Below, in pieces: positions 1 to 12,573 of a stretch of DNA of 64,000 bases. The first letter of the stretch is position 1. Each line of letters starts with the position of its first letter. A program made the position numbers and the translations under genes. This DNA is from Eledone cirrhosa (Eukaryota), in the NCBI GenBank assembly GCA_964016885.1, contig OZ024744.1:118668001-118732000 (forward strand), written 5' to 3'. Below the pieces are notes generated by a model. The model had not been told where the DNA came from and made no database searches. It worked only from the letters and a program-made list of their open reading frames with translations.

Positions 1-197
1 AGGGGGATAGTTTGATATCAAGGATTAGAACAGACTGGAAGTTTAGAGAGCTGATACTTCTGTGGAGGGGATAGCGTGATAGCCAAGATTAGAACAGACT
101 AGAAGTTTCGAGTGCTGATACCGCTGTGGAGAGGGATAGTCTTATAGTGTGATAGCCATGATTAAAACACACTGGAAGTTTAGAGAGCTGATACCTC

Positions 198-1935
198 TGT
201 AGTGACCTACATTCCGCGGGCTCACATACATTCTCTGTGCGTGATTTGGCTCAGCTCAGCCAATCAGCGCCAGGGGAAGAGAATGTATCCCTACGCGTTC
301 TGGGGGGAGAAATAGCCCGCGAAGATTTGAGAAATTAAAAAACTTGCAGCTTGACCATGCTAAGGTAAACACCACTTGTTCTTTTGCTCCGTAAGCACAA
401 ACAATATGTAACGACCAACAATTTTACTACGGACCTGGCCAAATGCCTCAGCCAGTCGACCGTATTTTCTCTTGTAACCTTAATTGAATTATTTCATTAT
501 TCTTGGCATGCCAACTTAATTCACTTCTTAACCTTTGTTAATAAATTATGTAAAAACAAGCTAAAGTCATTGTCGATATTCTTCTACCATATCTTTCTAC
601 CAAAGATGGTTCCTCGTGGCAACCTTACCAACTTCTAAACATAACTCTCTGCTAAATTGGTGACCCTCGACGATTAAGTATGAAAATGCAGCCTATTTGA
701 ATTCGCCATTCGTTTTAATGTCTATGTGGCGTGGCTTAACATTTGGAATGTTCGAATTGGGTAGCTAGACTCACTTAGCGTAAGTCCATAAAATTCATAA
801 TATTCCATTTGTTGAAGCACGCGGCCTGCACAATATTTCTGTCATAACTTTCATGGTAATACTAGTAACTCACGCATACAGACGAACACGAAAGAGTTTT
901 TACGACGACTAACAAAAAATTTCTCTTTTGGATTGAAAATTATGCGATGTCTTCTATCCGGTTGAGGTGGTTTGGTATATTTCAGTTAGTTGAAAAAATG
1001 AGTACGGTGACCACCGATTAAGAACAACTTGCCTTGCAAGCATAGTTTGATAGAAACAAAAAAAAAATTTTTTAAAAAGGATTTCTCTGGCTATAAAATT
1101 TTGCTTTCAAACTGTTAAAGTTACAAAATGGAGACTCAAAAATTTTGTTTTCCCGCGTACAGCTTGTCTTCTGCAATCCCAGCCATCTGATTGGCTACAT
1201 CGTGCCACATGACGGCTTCTTCGTCGCAGGCACATTTTTCAATCGGCCATCTTCGGATTTTCTTGCCGAATAATTTTCATGGAAAATAATTTTTTTTATT
1301 ATTCAAATTTTCTTTAGAATATTTTTAGAAAAAAAATTAGCAGTATTTCAAAAACTTTACGCCACGAGGAAATTTCAAAACGGCTACCATCAGCAACAAC
1401 ACATGGCTAACTATTAACCAACACCAGGGAACGGCTTGTAACTTTACTGACGCAACCACCATACCTTCTGTCTCGTTACCACAAGGAATCGAGAAATTAA
1501 GACATTAGTTTTCTCACCATTATGGCGTCAGACGTGGCTGCCATATTGGTGACGCTAGGTTCTTCAACGCTAGACTTCGACTCTACAGAAGATTCATTGT
1601 GACTTTGCTTTAACAACAACAACAACTCTACTAGCTCCCTAGTAAGAGCGTTCCCAAAGAAAAAAGAAGCGAACTTTTTGTTAAAAGAAAAGAAACAATT
1701 CTTTCTTCCTTTTTTTTCAGGCATTTATTTTGGACATTTATTTTTTTTTTTAAACTGTATTATATAAAAATTCATTTCTCTCTATCATTGTATATGTGAC
1801 CGCACGCACACATTTTCTTTGCTGTATTACATGCCTGCATATATACACACACCAACATGTTGTTGTCTATGGTATGTGATCTTCAAGCGTCGTAATATTC
1901 TGTGAGATCCCTTTTCACCTTCTGGAGGTACCTAA
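198..1935 (+). mobile_element. Truncated Gypsy-like LTR element: 5' LTR (198-656), PBS and non-coding leader
   Basis: Starts TGTAGTG at 198; LTR ends GCTAAA at 656 (decayed CTACA); immediately followed by TGGTGACCCTCGACG, a Gypsy-type PBS; no pol or 3' LTR seen. Confidence 0.65.
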
Positions 1936-2926
1936 ACCTCTAAGGAGGAGAATAGTGTGATAACGTGATAGCCATGATTAGACAGAATGGAAGAAGTTTA
2001 GAGAGCTGATACCTCTGTGGAGGAAGATAGTGTGTTAGCCAGGATTAAAACACACTGGAGAAGTTTAGAGAGTTGATACCTCTTTAGAGGAGGATCGACT
2101 AATAGTGTGATAGCCAGCATTATAACACACTGGAAGTTTAGAGAGCTGATACCTCTGTGGAGGAGGATAGTGTCATATTGTGATAGTCATGATTTGAACA
2201 GAATGGATGAAGATTAGAGAGCTGATACCTCAGTGGAGGGGGATAGTCTGATAGTGTGATAGCCAGGATTAGACAAACTGGTAGAAGTTTAGAGTTCTGA
2301 TACCTCTGTGGATTAGGATAGTGTGATAGCCAGGATTAGAACAGACTATGTTTAGAGAGCTGATACATCTATAGAGGAGGATAGTCTGATAGCCAGAATT
2401 AGTACAGACTGGAAGAAGTTTAGAGAGCTGACACCTCTGTGGAGGGGGATAGTGTGATAGTGGGGTGGCCAGCATTAATAAAGACTGGAAGTTTAGAGAG
2501 CTGATACCTCTGTGGAGAGGGATTAGAACAGAATGAAAGAAGTTTAGAGAGCTGATAAATTCTGTGGAGGAGTATAGTCTGATAATGTGATATCCAGGAT
2601 TAGAACAGACTGGAAGTTTATAGAGCTGATACCTCTGTGGAGGAGGATTGTCTGATAGTGTGATAGCCAGGACTGGAAGATACTGGAAGTTTAGAGAGCT
2701 CATACCTCTTCCAATCAGGATAGTCTAATAGTGTGATAGTCAGGATTAGATCAGACTGGAAGTTTAGAGAGCTGATACCTCCGTGGAGGGGGATAGTCTG
2801 ATAGTGTGATAGCCAGGATTAGAACAGAGTAGAAATTTAGAGAACTGATACCTCTGTAGCGGAGGATAGGGTGATAGTGTAATAGCAATGAGCAGAAGAG
2901 ACTGATAGAAGTTTAGAGAGCTGATA

Positions 2927-4078
2927 AGTTCCTTGTAAGTAGACGAGAAAACAGAACCCAGATCCCCTCAGGGAAATGGCCTTGCTCAGTATGTAGGAAA
3001 GGTGTAGGTAGGAACTCCATTCTCTGCCCCGAATGCAAACAATGGGTACACAAGAGATGTAGCGGGATCTCAGGAATCTTAATTAAGAATGTAGGCTTCA
3101 CATGCAGCAGCTGTGCTGGGACAGCAAGCAGCAAACAGCCACAGCAAACAAGTACCACCAATCTCTGGGAGGGCTCTGTAGAAACAGTAGACAGCTTCTG
3201 CTACCTAGGTGACCGAATTAGCAGCGGAGGTGGGTGTTCAGAAAGTACAATAACTAGGGTAAGAATGGGATGGAAGAAGTTTAGGGAACTACTACCACTG
3301 CTAGCTGCAAAAGGCTTCTCCCTCAGAATGAAAGGCAGACTGTATGATGCGTGTATCCGAACAGCGATGTTACATGGTAGTGAGACCTGGGCGCTGAAGG
3401 TGGAAGACTTACGTAGATTAGAGAGAAACGAAGCCTGCATGCTCCGATGGATGTGTAACAGTAATATACGTGAACGACAAAGCATAAATGAATTGAGAGA
3501 GAGACTAAGCATCAGAGGAATCAAATGCTGTGTGCAGGAGAGGCGGTTGCACTAGTATGGACATGTGATGCGTGTGAAGGATGACAGCTGCATAAAAAGG
3601 TGCAGAGCACTAGAAGTCGATGGAAACCGCGGAGTGGGGAGACCCAAGATGACCTGGTATGAGGTGATAAAAGCCGACCTTACCCAATTACACCTCTCAA
3701 AGTCAATGACACACGACCGTGACCTCTGGCGTCATGCAGTAATACAGAGTACCCGACCTCCCATGGGTACAAGCTGAAGCATATAGACAATATGCCCCCA
3801 CACCCCCCACCGCAAGGTGGTCGTGGAGGTGCCACGGCAAAAAAGCACCCAGCCCACACTGTAAAGTGGATGTGTAGGCACCACGGAAAAGAACCCAGCA
3901 CTCACTGTAAATTAGGTTGGTGTTAGGAAGGGCATCCAGCTGTAGAAATCAAGCCAGATCAGTTCCTGTATGAGCAAGGCATGGTCAGCCAACCAGGCAC
4001 TGCCCACAACAGGACAACCCGTCTAACCCATGCTAGCATGGAAGAACGGACGTAAAACGGTGATGATGATGATGATGA
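2927..4078 (+). mobile_element. 5'-truncated RTE-clade LINE (subfamily A): RT C-terminal part with PHD finger, 3' UTR, (GAT)n tail
   Basis: VDSFCYLG, GWKKFRELLPLL, LYDACIRTAMLHGSETW, GRPKMTW motifs; 3' UTR with GGTTGGTGTTAGGAAGGGCATCCAGC; (TGA)n tail ending ~4078. Confidence 0.93.
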
Positions 4079-7000
4079 TACCTCTAAGTGGGAGCATAGT
4101 GTGATAGTGTGATAGCCAGGATTAGAAAAGAATAGAAATTTAGAGAACTGATACCTCTGTGGGGGAGGGTAGAGTGATAGCCAGTATTAGAAGAGACTGG
4201 AAGAAATTTAGAGAGCTGATACTTTTTTGGAGGATGATAGTCTAATAGTGTGATAGCCAGGATTAGAAGAGACTGGAAGATTAGTGAGCTGATACCTCTG
4301 TGGAGAGGGATAGTGTGTTGGTGTGATAGCCTGGATTAGAACAGAATGGAAGAAGTTTAGAGAGCTGATACCTCTGTGGAGGGGGAAAGTCTAATAGTGT
4401 GATAGCCAGGATTAGAAGAGACTGGAAGGAATTTAGAGAGCTGATATCTCTGTGGAGGGTGATAGTGTCATAGTGTGATAGCCAGGATTAGAAGAGACTG
4501 GAAGGAATTTAGAGAGCTGATACTTCTGTGGAGGAGGATAGTGGGATAGCAAGGATTAGTACAGACTGGAAATTTAGAGATCTGATAGATCTGTGGAGTA
4601 GGATTGTCTGATAGTGTGATAGCCATGATTAGAACAGTATGGAAGAAGTTTAGAGAGCTAATACCTCTGTGGAGGGAGATAGTCAGATAGTGTGATAGCC
4701 AGCATGAGAAGAGATTGGAAGAAGTTTACAGTGTTTATACCTCTATGCAGGAGGATTGTCTGATAGTGTGATAGCCAGGATTAGAACAGACTAGAAATTT
4801 AGAGAACTGATACCTCTGTGGGGGAGGGTAGAGTGATAGCCAGTATTAGAAGAGACTGGAAGAAATTTAGAGAGCTGATTCCTCTGTGGAGGGTGATAGT
4901 CTTATATTCTGAAAGTCATGATTAAAACACACTGGAAGTTTAGAGAGCTGATACCTCTAAGGGGGAGGATAGCCATGATTAAAACAGAATGGACGAAGTT
5001 TAGAGAGCTGATACCTCTGTGGAGGGGTATAGACAGATAGTGTGATAGCCAGGATTAGAACAAACAAGAAGTTTAGAGAGCTGATACCTCTGTAGAGGAG
5101 GATAGTGTGATAGTGTGATAGCCAGCATGAGAAGATATTGGAAGTAGTTTACAGAGTTCATACCTCTGTGGAGGAGAATTGTCTGATAATGTGATAGCCA
5201 GGATTAGAACAGACAGTAAGTTTAGAGAGCTGATACCTCTGTGGAGGGGGATAGTCTGATAGTGTGATAGCCAGGATTAGAACAGACTCGAAGAAGTTTA
5301 GAGAGCTGATACCACTGTGGAGGAGGATAGTGTGATAGAAAAGATTAGATCAGACTAGAAGTTTAGAGAGCTGATACCTCTGTGGAGGGGATAGTCTAAT
5401 AGTGTGATAGCCATGACTAGAACACACTGGAAGTTTAGAGAGTTGATACCACTGTGGAGGAGGATAGTGTGATAGCCTGGATTAGAACAGACTGGAAGTT
5501 TAGAGAGCTGATACCTCTAAGGAGGAGGATAGTGTGATAGCCTGGATTAGAACAGACTGGAAGTTTAGAGAGCTGATACCTCTAAGGAGGAGGATAGTGT
5601 GATAACGTGATAGCCATGATTAGAACAGAATGGAAGAAGTTGAGAGAGCTAATACCGCTGTGGATGAGGAGAGTGTGATAGTGTGATAGCCAGGATTTGA
5701 ACAGACTGGAAGATAAGAGAGCTGATACCTCTGTGGAGGGGGGTAGACATATAGTGTGATAGCCATGACTAGAACACACTGGAAGTTTAGAGAGCTGATA
5801 CCTCTGTGGAGGAGGATAGTAAAATAGAGTGATAGCCAGGATTAGATGAAACTGGAAGAAGATACTGTGATAGCCAGGAAAGAGATACTGTGACAGACTG
5901 GAAGAAGTTTAGAGAGCTGATACCTCTGTGGAAGAGGATAGTGTGATATTGTGATAGCCAGGATTAGAAGAGACTGGAAGAAGTTTACAGAGTTCATACC
6001 TCTGTGGAGGAGAATTGTCTGATGTGATAGCCAGGATTAGAACAGATGGGAAGTTTAGAGAGCTGATACCTCTGTGGAGGAGAATAGTGTGATAGTGTGA
6101 TAGCCAGGATTAGAACAGACTGGAAGAAATTTAGAGAGCTGATACCTCTTTGGAGGAGGATAGACTAATAGTGTGATAGCAATGATTATAGCACACTGGA
6201 AGTTTAGAGAGCTGATACCTCTGTGGAGGAGGATAGTGTGATAGCCAGGATTAGAACAGACTGGAATAAGTTTAGAGAGCTGATACCTCTGTGGAGGAGG
6301 ATTGTCTTATAGTGTGATAGCCAGGATTAGAGCAGACGAGAAGTTTAGAGAGTTGATTAATTCTATGTAGGAGGATTGTGTGATAGTGTGACAGCCAGAA
6401 TTAGAAGAGACTGGAAGTTTAGAGAGCTGATACCTCTGTGGAGGGGTCAGTGTGATATCCATGATTAGGACAGACTGGAATAAGTTTAGAGAGCTGATAC
6501 CTCAGTGGAAGGAGATAGTGTGATAGTGTGATAGCCAGGATTAGAAGAGGCTGGAAGTTTAGAGAGTTAATAGCTTTGGGGAAGGTAATAGTGTTATAGT
6601 ATGATAGCCAGGATTAAAACAGACTGGAAGTTTAGAGAGCTGATATCTCTGTGGAGGGGTATAGTGTTATAGTGTGATAGCTAGGATTAAAACAGACTGG
6701 AAGTTTAGAGAGCTGATATCTCTGTGGAGGAGGATGGTATGATAGCCAGGATTAGTAGAAAGTGGAAGAAGTTAAAAGAGCTGATACATCTGTGGAGGAG
6801 AATAGTGTGATAGTGTGATAGCTAGGATTAAACAGACTGGAAGTTTAGAGAGCTGATATCTCTGTGGAAGAGGATACTGTGATAGTGTGATAGCCAGTAT
6901 TTGAACAGACTGGAAGAAGTTTATATTGCTGATACTTCGGTGGAGGAGGATAGTCTGATAGTGTGATAGCCAGGCTTAGAACAGACTAGAAGGTTAATGA

Positions 7001-9975
7001 TCTAATACCAGGATTAGAAGAGACCTGGAAGAAGTTTAGAAGGCTGATACCTCTTTGGAGGAGAATAGTCTGATAGTGTGATAGGCAGGATTAGAACAGA
7101 CTGGAAGTTTAGAGAGCTGAAACCTCTGTGTAGGAAAATAGTGTGATAGTGTGATGTCCAGGATTAGAACAGACTAGAAATTTAGAGAGCTGATACCTCT
7201 GTAGAGGAGGATAGTGTGATAGTGTGATGTCCAGGATTAGAACAGACTAGAAATTTAGAGAGCTGATACCTCTGTGGAGGAGGATTGTCTTATAGTGTGA
7301 TAGCCAGGATTAGAGCAGACGAGAAGTTTAGAGAGTTGATTAATTCTATGTAGGAGGATTGTGTGATAGTGTGACAGCCAGAATTAGAAGAGACTGGAAG
7401 TTTAGAGAGCTGATACCTCTGTGGAGGGGTCAGTGTGATATCCATGATTAGGACAGACTGGAATAAGTTTAGAGAGCTGATACCTCAGTGGAAGGAGATA
7501 GTGTGATAGTGTGATAGCCAGGATTAGAAGAGGCTGGAAGTTTAGAGAGTTAATAGCTTTGGGGAAGGTAATAGTGTTATAGTATGATAGCCAGGATTAA
7601 AACAGACTGGAAGTTTAGAGAGCTGATATCTCTGTGGAGGGGTATAGTGTTATAGTGTGATAGCTAGGATTAAAACAGACTGGAAGTTTAGAGAGCTGAT
7701 ATCTCTGTGGAGGAGGATGGTATGATAGCCAGGATTAGTAGAAAGTGGAAGAAGTTAAAAGAGCTGATACATCTGTGGAGGAGAATAGTGTGATAGTGTG
7801 ATAGCTAGGATTAAACAGACTGGAAGTTTAGAGAGCTGATATCTCTGTGGAAGAGGATACTGTGATAGTGTGATAGCCAGTATTTGAACAGACTGGAAGA
7901 AGTTTATATTGCTGATACTTCGGTGGAGGAGGATAGTCTGATAGTGTGATAGCCAGGCTTAGAACAGACTAGAAGGTTAATGATCTAATACCAGGATTAG
8001 AAGAGACCTGGAAGAAGTTTAGAAGGCTGATACCTCTTTGGAGGAGAATAGTCTGATAGTGTGAGAGCCAGGATTAGAACAGACTGGAAGTTTAGCGAGC
8101 TGAAACCTCTGTGTAGGAAAATAGTGTGATAGTGTGATGTCCAGGATTAGAACAGACTAGAAATTTAGAGAGCTGATACCTCTGTAGAGGAGGATAGTGT
8201 GATAGTGTGATGTCCAGGATTAGAACAGACTAGAAATTTAGAGAGCTGATACCTCTGTGGAGGAGGATAGTCTGATAGTGTGAGAGCCAGGATTAGAACA
8301 GACTGGAAGTTTAGCGAGCTGATACCTCTGTGGAAGGTAATAGTGTGATAGTATGATAGCCAGAGTTTGAACAGACTAGAAGAAGTTTAGAGAACTGACA
8401 CCTCTGTGGAGGAGGATAGTGTCATAGTGTGATAGCCAGGATTAGAAAAGACTGGAAGAAGTTTAGAGAGCTGATACCTCTGTAGAAGAGGATCCTCTAA
8501 TAGTGTGATAGCAAGGATTACAACAGACTGGAAGTTTAGAGAGCTGATACCTCTGTAGAAGAGGATAGTCTGATAGTGTGATAGCCAGGATTAGAACGGA
8601 CTGAAGTTGAGAGATCTGATACCTCTGTTGAAAGAAATAGTGTGATAGTGTGATAGCCAGTATTAGAAGAGACTCGAAGAAGTTTAGAGAGCTCATACAT
8701 CTGTGCAGGGGTATAGTGTTATAGTATGATAGCTAGGATTAAAACAGACTGGAAGTTTAGAGAGCTGATATCTCTGTGGAGGAGGATAGTGTGATTGTGT
8801 GATAGCCAGGATTAGAAGACACTGGAAGAAGTTTAAAGAGCTGATACCTCTGTGGAGGAGGATAGTGTGTTAGTGTAATAGCCAGGATTAGAAGAGGCTG
8901 GAAGTTTAGAAAGTTAATACTTCTGTGGAAGGTAATAGTGTGATAGTGTGATAGAACAGACTGGAAGAAGTTTTGAGAGCTGATACCTCAGTGGAGGAGG
9001 ATAGTCTGATAGTGTGATAGACTGGAAGTTAGAGAGCTGATACCTCTGTGGAAGACTATAATGTGATAGTGTGATGGCCAGGATTAGAACAGACTGGAAG
9101 TTAGAGAGCTGATACCTCTGTGGAGGAGGATAGTCTGGTAGTGTGATAGCTAGAATTAGAAGAAACTGGATGTTTAAAGATCTGATACCTCTGTGGAAAG
9201 ATACTGTGATAGCCAGGAAAGAGATACTGTGACAGACTGGAAGAAGTTTAGAGAGCTGATACCTCTGTGGTAGAGGATAGTGTGATAGTGTGATAGCCAG
9301 GATTAGGGCAGACTAGAAGAAGTTTAGAGAGCTGATACCTCTGTGGAGGAGGATAGTCTGGTAGTGTGATAGCCTTAATTAGAAGAGACTGGAAGTTTAT
9401 GGAGCTGATACCTCTGTGGTAGAGGATAGTGTGATAGTGCAATAGCCAGGATTAGAACAGACTGGAATAAGTTTAGAGAGCTGATACCTCTGTGGAAGGG
9501 GATAGTGTGATAGTGTGATAGTCAGGATTAGAACAGACTAGAAGTTTAGAGAGCTGATACCTCTGTGGAGGAGGATAGTGTCATAGTGTGATAGCCAGGA
9601 TTAGAACAGACTGGAATAAGTTTAGAGAGCTGATACCTCTGTGGAAGGGGATAGTGTGATAGTGTGATAGTCAGGATTAGAACAGACTGGAAATTTAGAT
9701 AGCTAACAGCTTTGTGGAAGGTAATAGTGTGGTAGAATGATAGCCAGAGTTAGAACAGACTAGCAGAAGTTTAGAGAGCTGATACCTCTGTGGAGGAGGA
9801 TAGTCTGGTAGTGTGATAGCCAGGATTAGAACAGACTGGAAATTTAGAGAGCTGATACCTCTGTGGAGGAGGATAGTCTGATAGTGTGATAGCCTGGATT
9901 AAAAGAGATTGGAAGAAGTTTAGAGAGCCGATAACTCTGTGGAGGGGGATATTGTGATAGTGTCAGAGGAGACTG

Positions 9976-11239
9976 TGCTGTGCTCAGGAAATCCGTTTCC
10001 CTGGATGGAAAACGAACAGGGCTGTTTACAAGAGCGTGCCGCCGTGCCAAAACGGCTGTGGTAGTAGCACAGTCCTGGCTTGCTTGTGTGGCGGCGGCGC
10101 GGCGAGGGCGAACGGCTCTGGAAGCGACGTCTGGAGGTACTCAATTTTCTCACCGTTTTGGTGAGTTGCTTTATGGCTTGAAGTATTGCCACAGATGCAA
10201 GTGAGGGACTGGTGTGGATGGCAGCTGCAGGAGAGAACGAAGAGACCACAGCCGGTGGCTGAGGTGCAACATAGGAGGCAGGGTTTCCAATGAAACTTAT
10301 AATTTTGTCGGCCGAAGCCGCCAGCTGGTCGACTGTGGTGGTCTCCATCGGAACACCGGGCGGCAGAGAGGAAAATGTTAAGAATTAAAAAAAAATGTTT
10401 TCTTATATTTTTCAAAAAGGCGTTGCCTTTAAATCAAATTGGCTGGCAAACAAACACAGAAGACATATATTGGCCATTCATTTTGAAGATTGCATCACCC
10501 AATCATAATCCAGGTGGATTTATGTGCAAAATACAAATTTTGAGACGCAGTGAAAAAAAAAAATTATAACGCACAATGTGTACATGGAATAATTTACCGA
10601 TAATTTTTTTTTTTTGTTAATAATGCATTTCGATGTAATACATGTCGAGGCAAAATGTGTTTGTGCATGCAGGCAAATGATAAATATAATGATAATGAAA
10701 TAATTGTTCTAAACAACAAAACGTTCAGTTTTTTTCTTCTTTGTGACAGTGTTCTTTCTTTCTTTTATATTTGTTGTACAAAAATGCTTGTTTGTTTCTT
10801 GTCGGTTTGCGAATCTGATTTGTTGCGTCTTTGTTCAAGTTGCAGGTCACCATTTATAATGAAGAATGTAAGTCGTTAGATCAGAAGGCATTAAATAGAC
10901 AAACTCCATTACAAGTATGTACTTCATTTATTCTTGCTTCACACTGTGAAACTCATTTTGCCTGTATTTCCATGTGTGAGATACGACAGGATGTATTTCC
11001 TTGTGTGAGATACAACAAGATATGGCGTATCGAAGAATCAACGTTTTGACGATAGCAGATTTTTCTGGAGACTGGTCTTCTGTCTTAACTTCCGTTCTCT
11101 GGTCTAAGTAGTCCAGTTTCTTGCATCGCTAAGCCGAAGGTTTTGATTGGTTCACACTTCAGCCAATTTACTTCCGTAACATTTTCCTTCCGCTGAAGGA
11201 AAATACATTTAATTACAAAGGATATATATTACTGCTACA
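9976..11239 (-). mobile_element. Gypsy LTR retrotransposon fragment: 5' LTR (~10855-11239), PBS, gag C-terminus
   Basis: Minus strand begins TGTAGCAG at 11239; TGGTGACCTGC PBS at ~10842-10852; ORF 9920-10348 has DQLAASADKI and the gag Cys/His motif CYYHSRFGTAARSCKQPC followed by GN. Confidence 0.8.
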
Positions 11240-11551
11240 ACTGGAAGAAGTTTAGAGAGCTGATACCTCTGTGGAGGAGGATAGTGTGATGGTGTGATAG
11301 CCAGGATTAGAAGAGACTGGAAGTTTAGAGACCTGATACCTCTGTAGAGGCGTATAGTGTTATAGTATGATAGCCAGGATTAGAACAGACTGGAAGTTTA
11401 GAGAGCTGATACCTCTGCTGACAACAAAAATCTCCTCTCTCAGACTGTATGATGCCTGAGTGTGGCAGTGTTACTTGGCAGTGAAACATGGGTCTTGACT
11501 GTAGACCTGAGAAGGCTGGAAATGGATGTGTGATGTTAATGTCTATGATTG

Positions 11552-11770
11552 GAGGCGTATGGCTGAGTGATTATAGAATTGGATTCACAATCTTGAGGTT
11601 GTGAGTTTTATTCCTGGACCGGGCGATGCGTTTTTTCCTTGAGCAAGAAACTTTAGTTCATGTTGCTCCTTCTACCTGGAGTTGCGACCGATAGATTGTA
11701 ATAGCAACTGGAAAGACCGACGAAAATATTGTTTCCTCGGTCCGATTTGACGAAAGTCGATCGACCCTTA
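11552..11770 (+). mobile_element. tRNA-derived CORE-type SINE
   Basis: A-box-like TGGCTGAGTGA, decayed B box GTTTTATTCC, CORE-like TCCTTGAGCAAGAAACTTT; body shared with 16590-16735. Confidence 0.7.
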
Positions 11771-11865
11771 TTATGTGTATGAATGACACAGCATAAGTGA
11801 GCTGAGAGAAACTGTTGGTATAAGAGGATGCAATGTGTAAGAGAGAAGACTGCTCTGGTCTAGAC

Positions 11866-12573
11866 ATGTAATATACGTGAACAGCAAAGCATAAACGTAC
11901 TAAGGGAGAAATTAGAAATAAGAGGGATCAGATGCTGTTTACTCCAGAGAAGACTATGTTGGTATGGTCACGTGATGCACATGAAAGATGACAGCTGTAT
12001 AAAAAAGTGCAGGGCGATAAAAATAGACGGTAGCCACGGAGTAGGCAGACCCAGAAAAACCTGGGATGACTTGATAAATTCCGACCTCACACACTTACAC
12101 CTCTCCAAGACAATGTCACTGGACTGAGATCTTTGGCGCTACGCAGTAATACAGAAGACCCGCCTTGCCTAAGTACAAAGCGAAACCTAGTCAGTAGGCA
12201 CCTCTTAACCAAATATACACCCCAATCCACTACCCCTTCTCCACCCTTCTACTCCCACCAACACCACCCTTTCTCTGTAAAGTTATGTTGGTACCACAAC
12301 ATCCAGTCCTAAATAAATGAGGTCGTGTAGGTGTCACAACAAAAAAAACCACAATCCACGCTGTAATGTGGTCGTGTAGGTAACACGGTAAAAACCTCCC
12401 AGTCCCACACTGTAAATGTGGTTGGTGTTAGGAAGGGCATCCAGCCGTAGAAAACCTGCCAGACAGTCCTATACGAGCGAGGCGACTAATCTTGCCTCAA
12501 GTGCGACAATTCCCGTCTAAACCCATGCTAGCGTGGAAAATAGACATTAAATGATGATGATGATGATGATGAT
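11866..12573 (+). mobile_element. RTE LINE 3' end (subfamily B)
   Basis: RRLCWYGHVMHMKDDSCIK and GRPRKTWDDLI coding remnants; 3' UTR matches 30750-31148 and 39960-40349; (GAT)n tail. Confidence 0.92.

Larger units (their letters stand above)
1..11418. repeat. Diverged ~73-bp satellite (variants ~65-76 bp), interrupted by three TE insertions
   Basis: Consensus GAAGTTTAGAGAGCTGATACCTCTGTGGAGGAGGATAGTGTGATAGTGTGATAGCCAGGATTAGAACAGACTG repeated at 1-197, 1936-2926, 4079-9975 and 11240-11418; internal 8-bp TAGTGTGA subrepeat; purine-rich plus strand. Confidence 0.97.

Noticed and set aside
2269-9442. Minus-strand ORFs in the 73-bp satellite
   Set aside because: Periodic translations of the repeat in inconsistent frames
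1-11418. Satellite monomer as a hammerhead (CTGATA-CCTC-TGTG-GAGG hairpin)
   Set aside because: Lacks the CUGANGA and GAAA cores and has no stems I or III
11552-11625. tRNA gene (also 59627-59685 and 16149-16245)
   Set aside because: tRNA-like heads continue into SINE bodies; no complete cloverleaf
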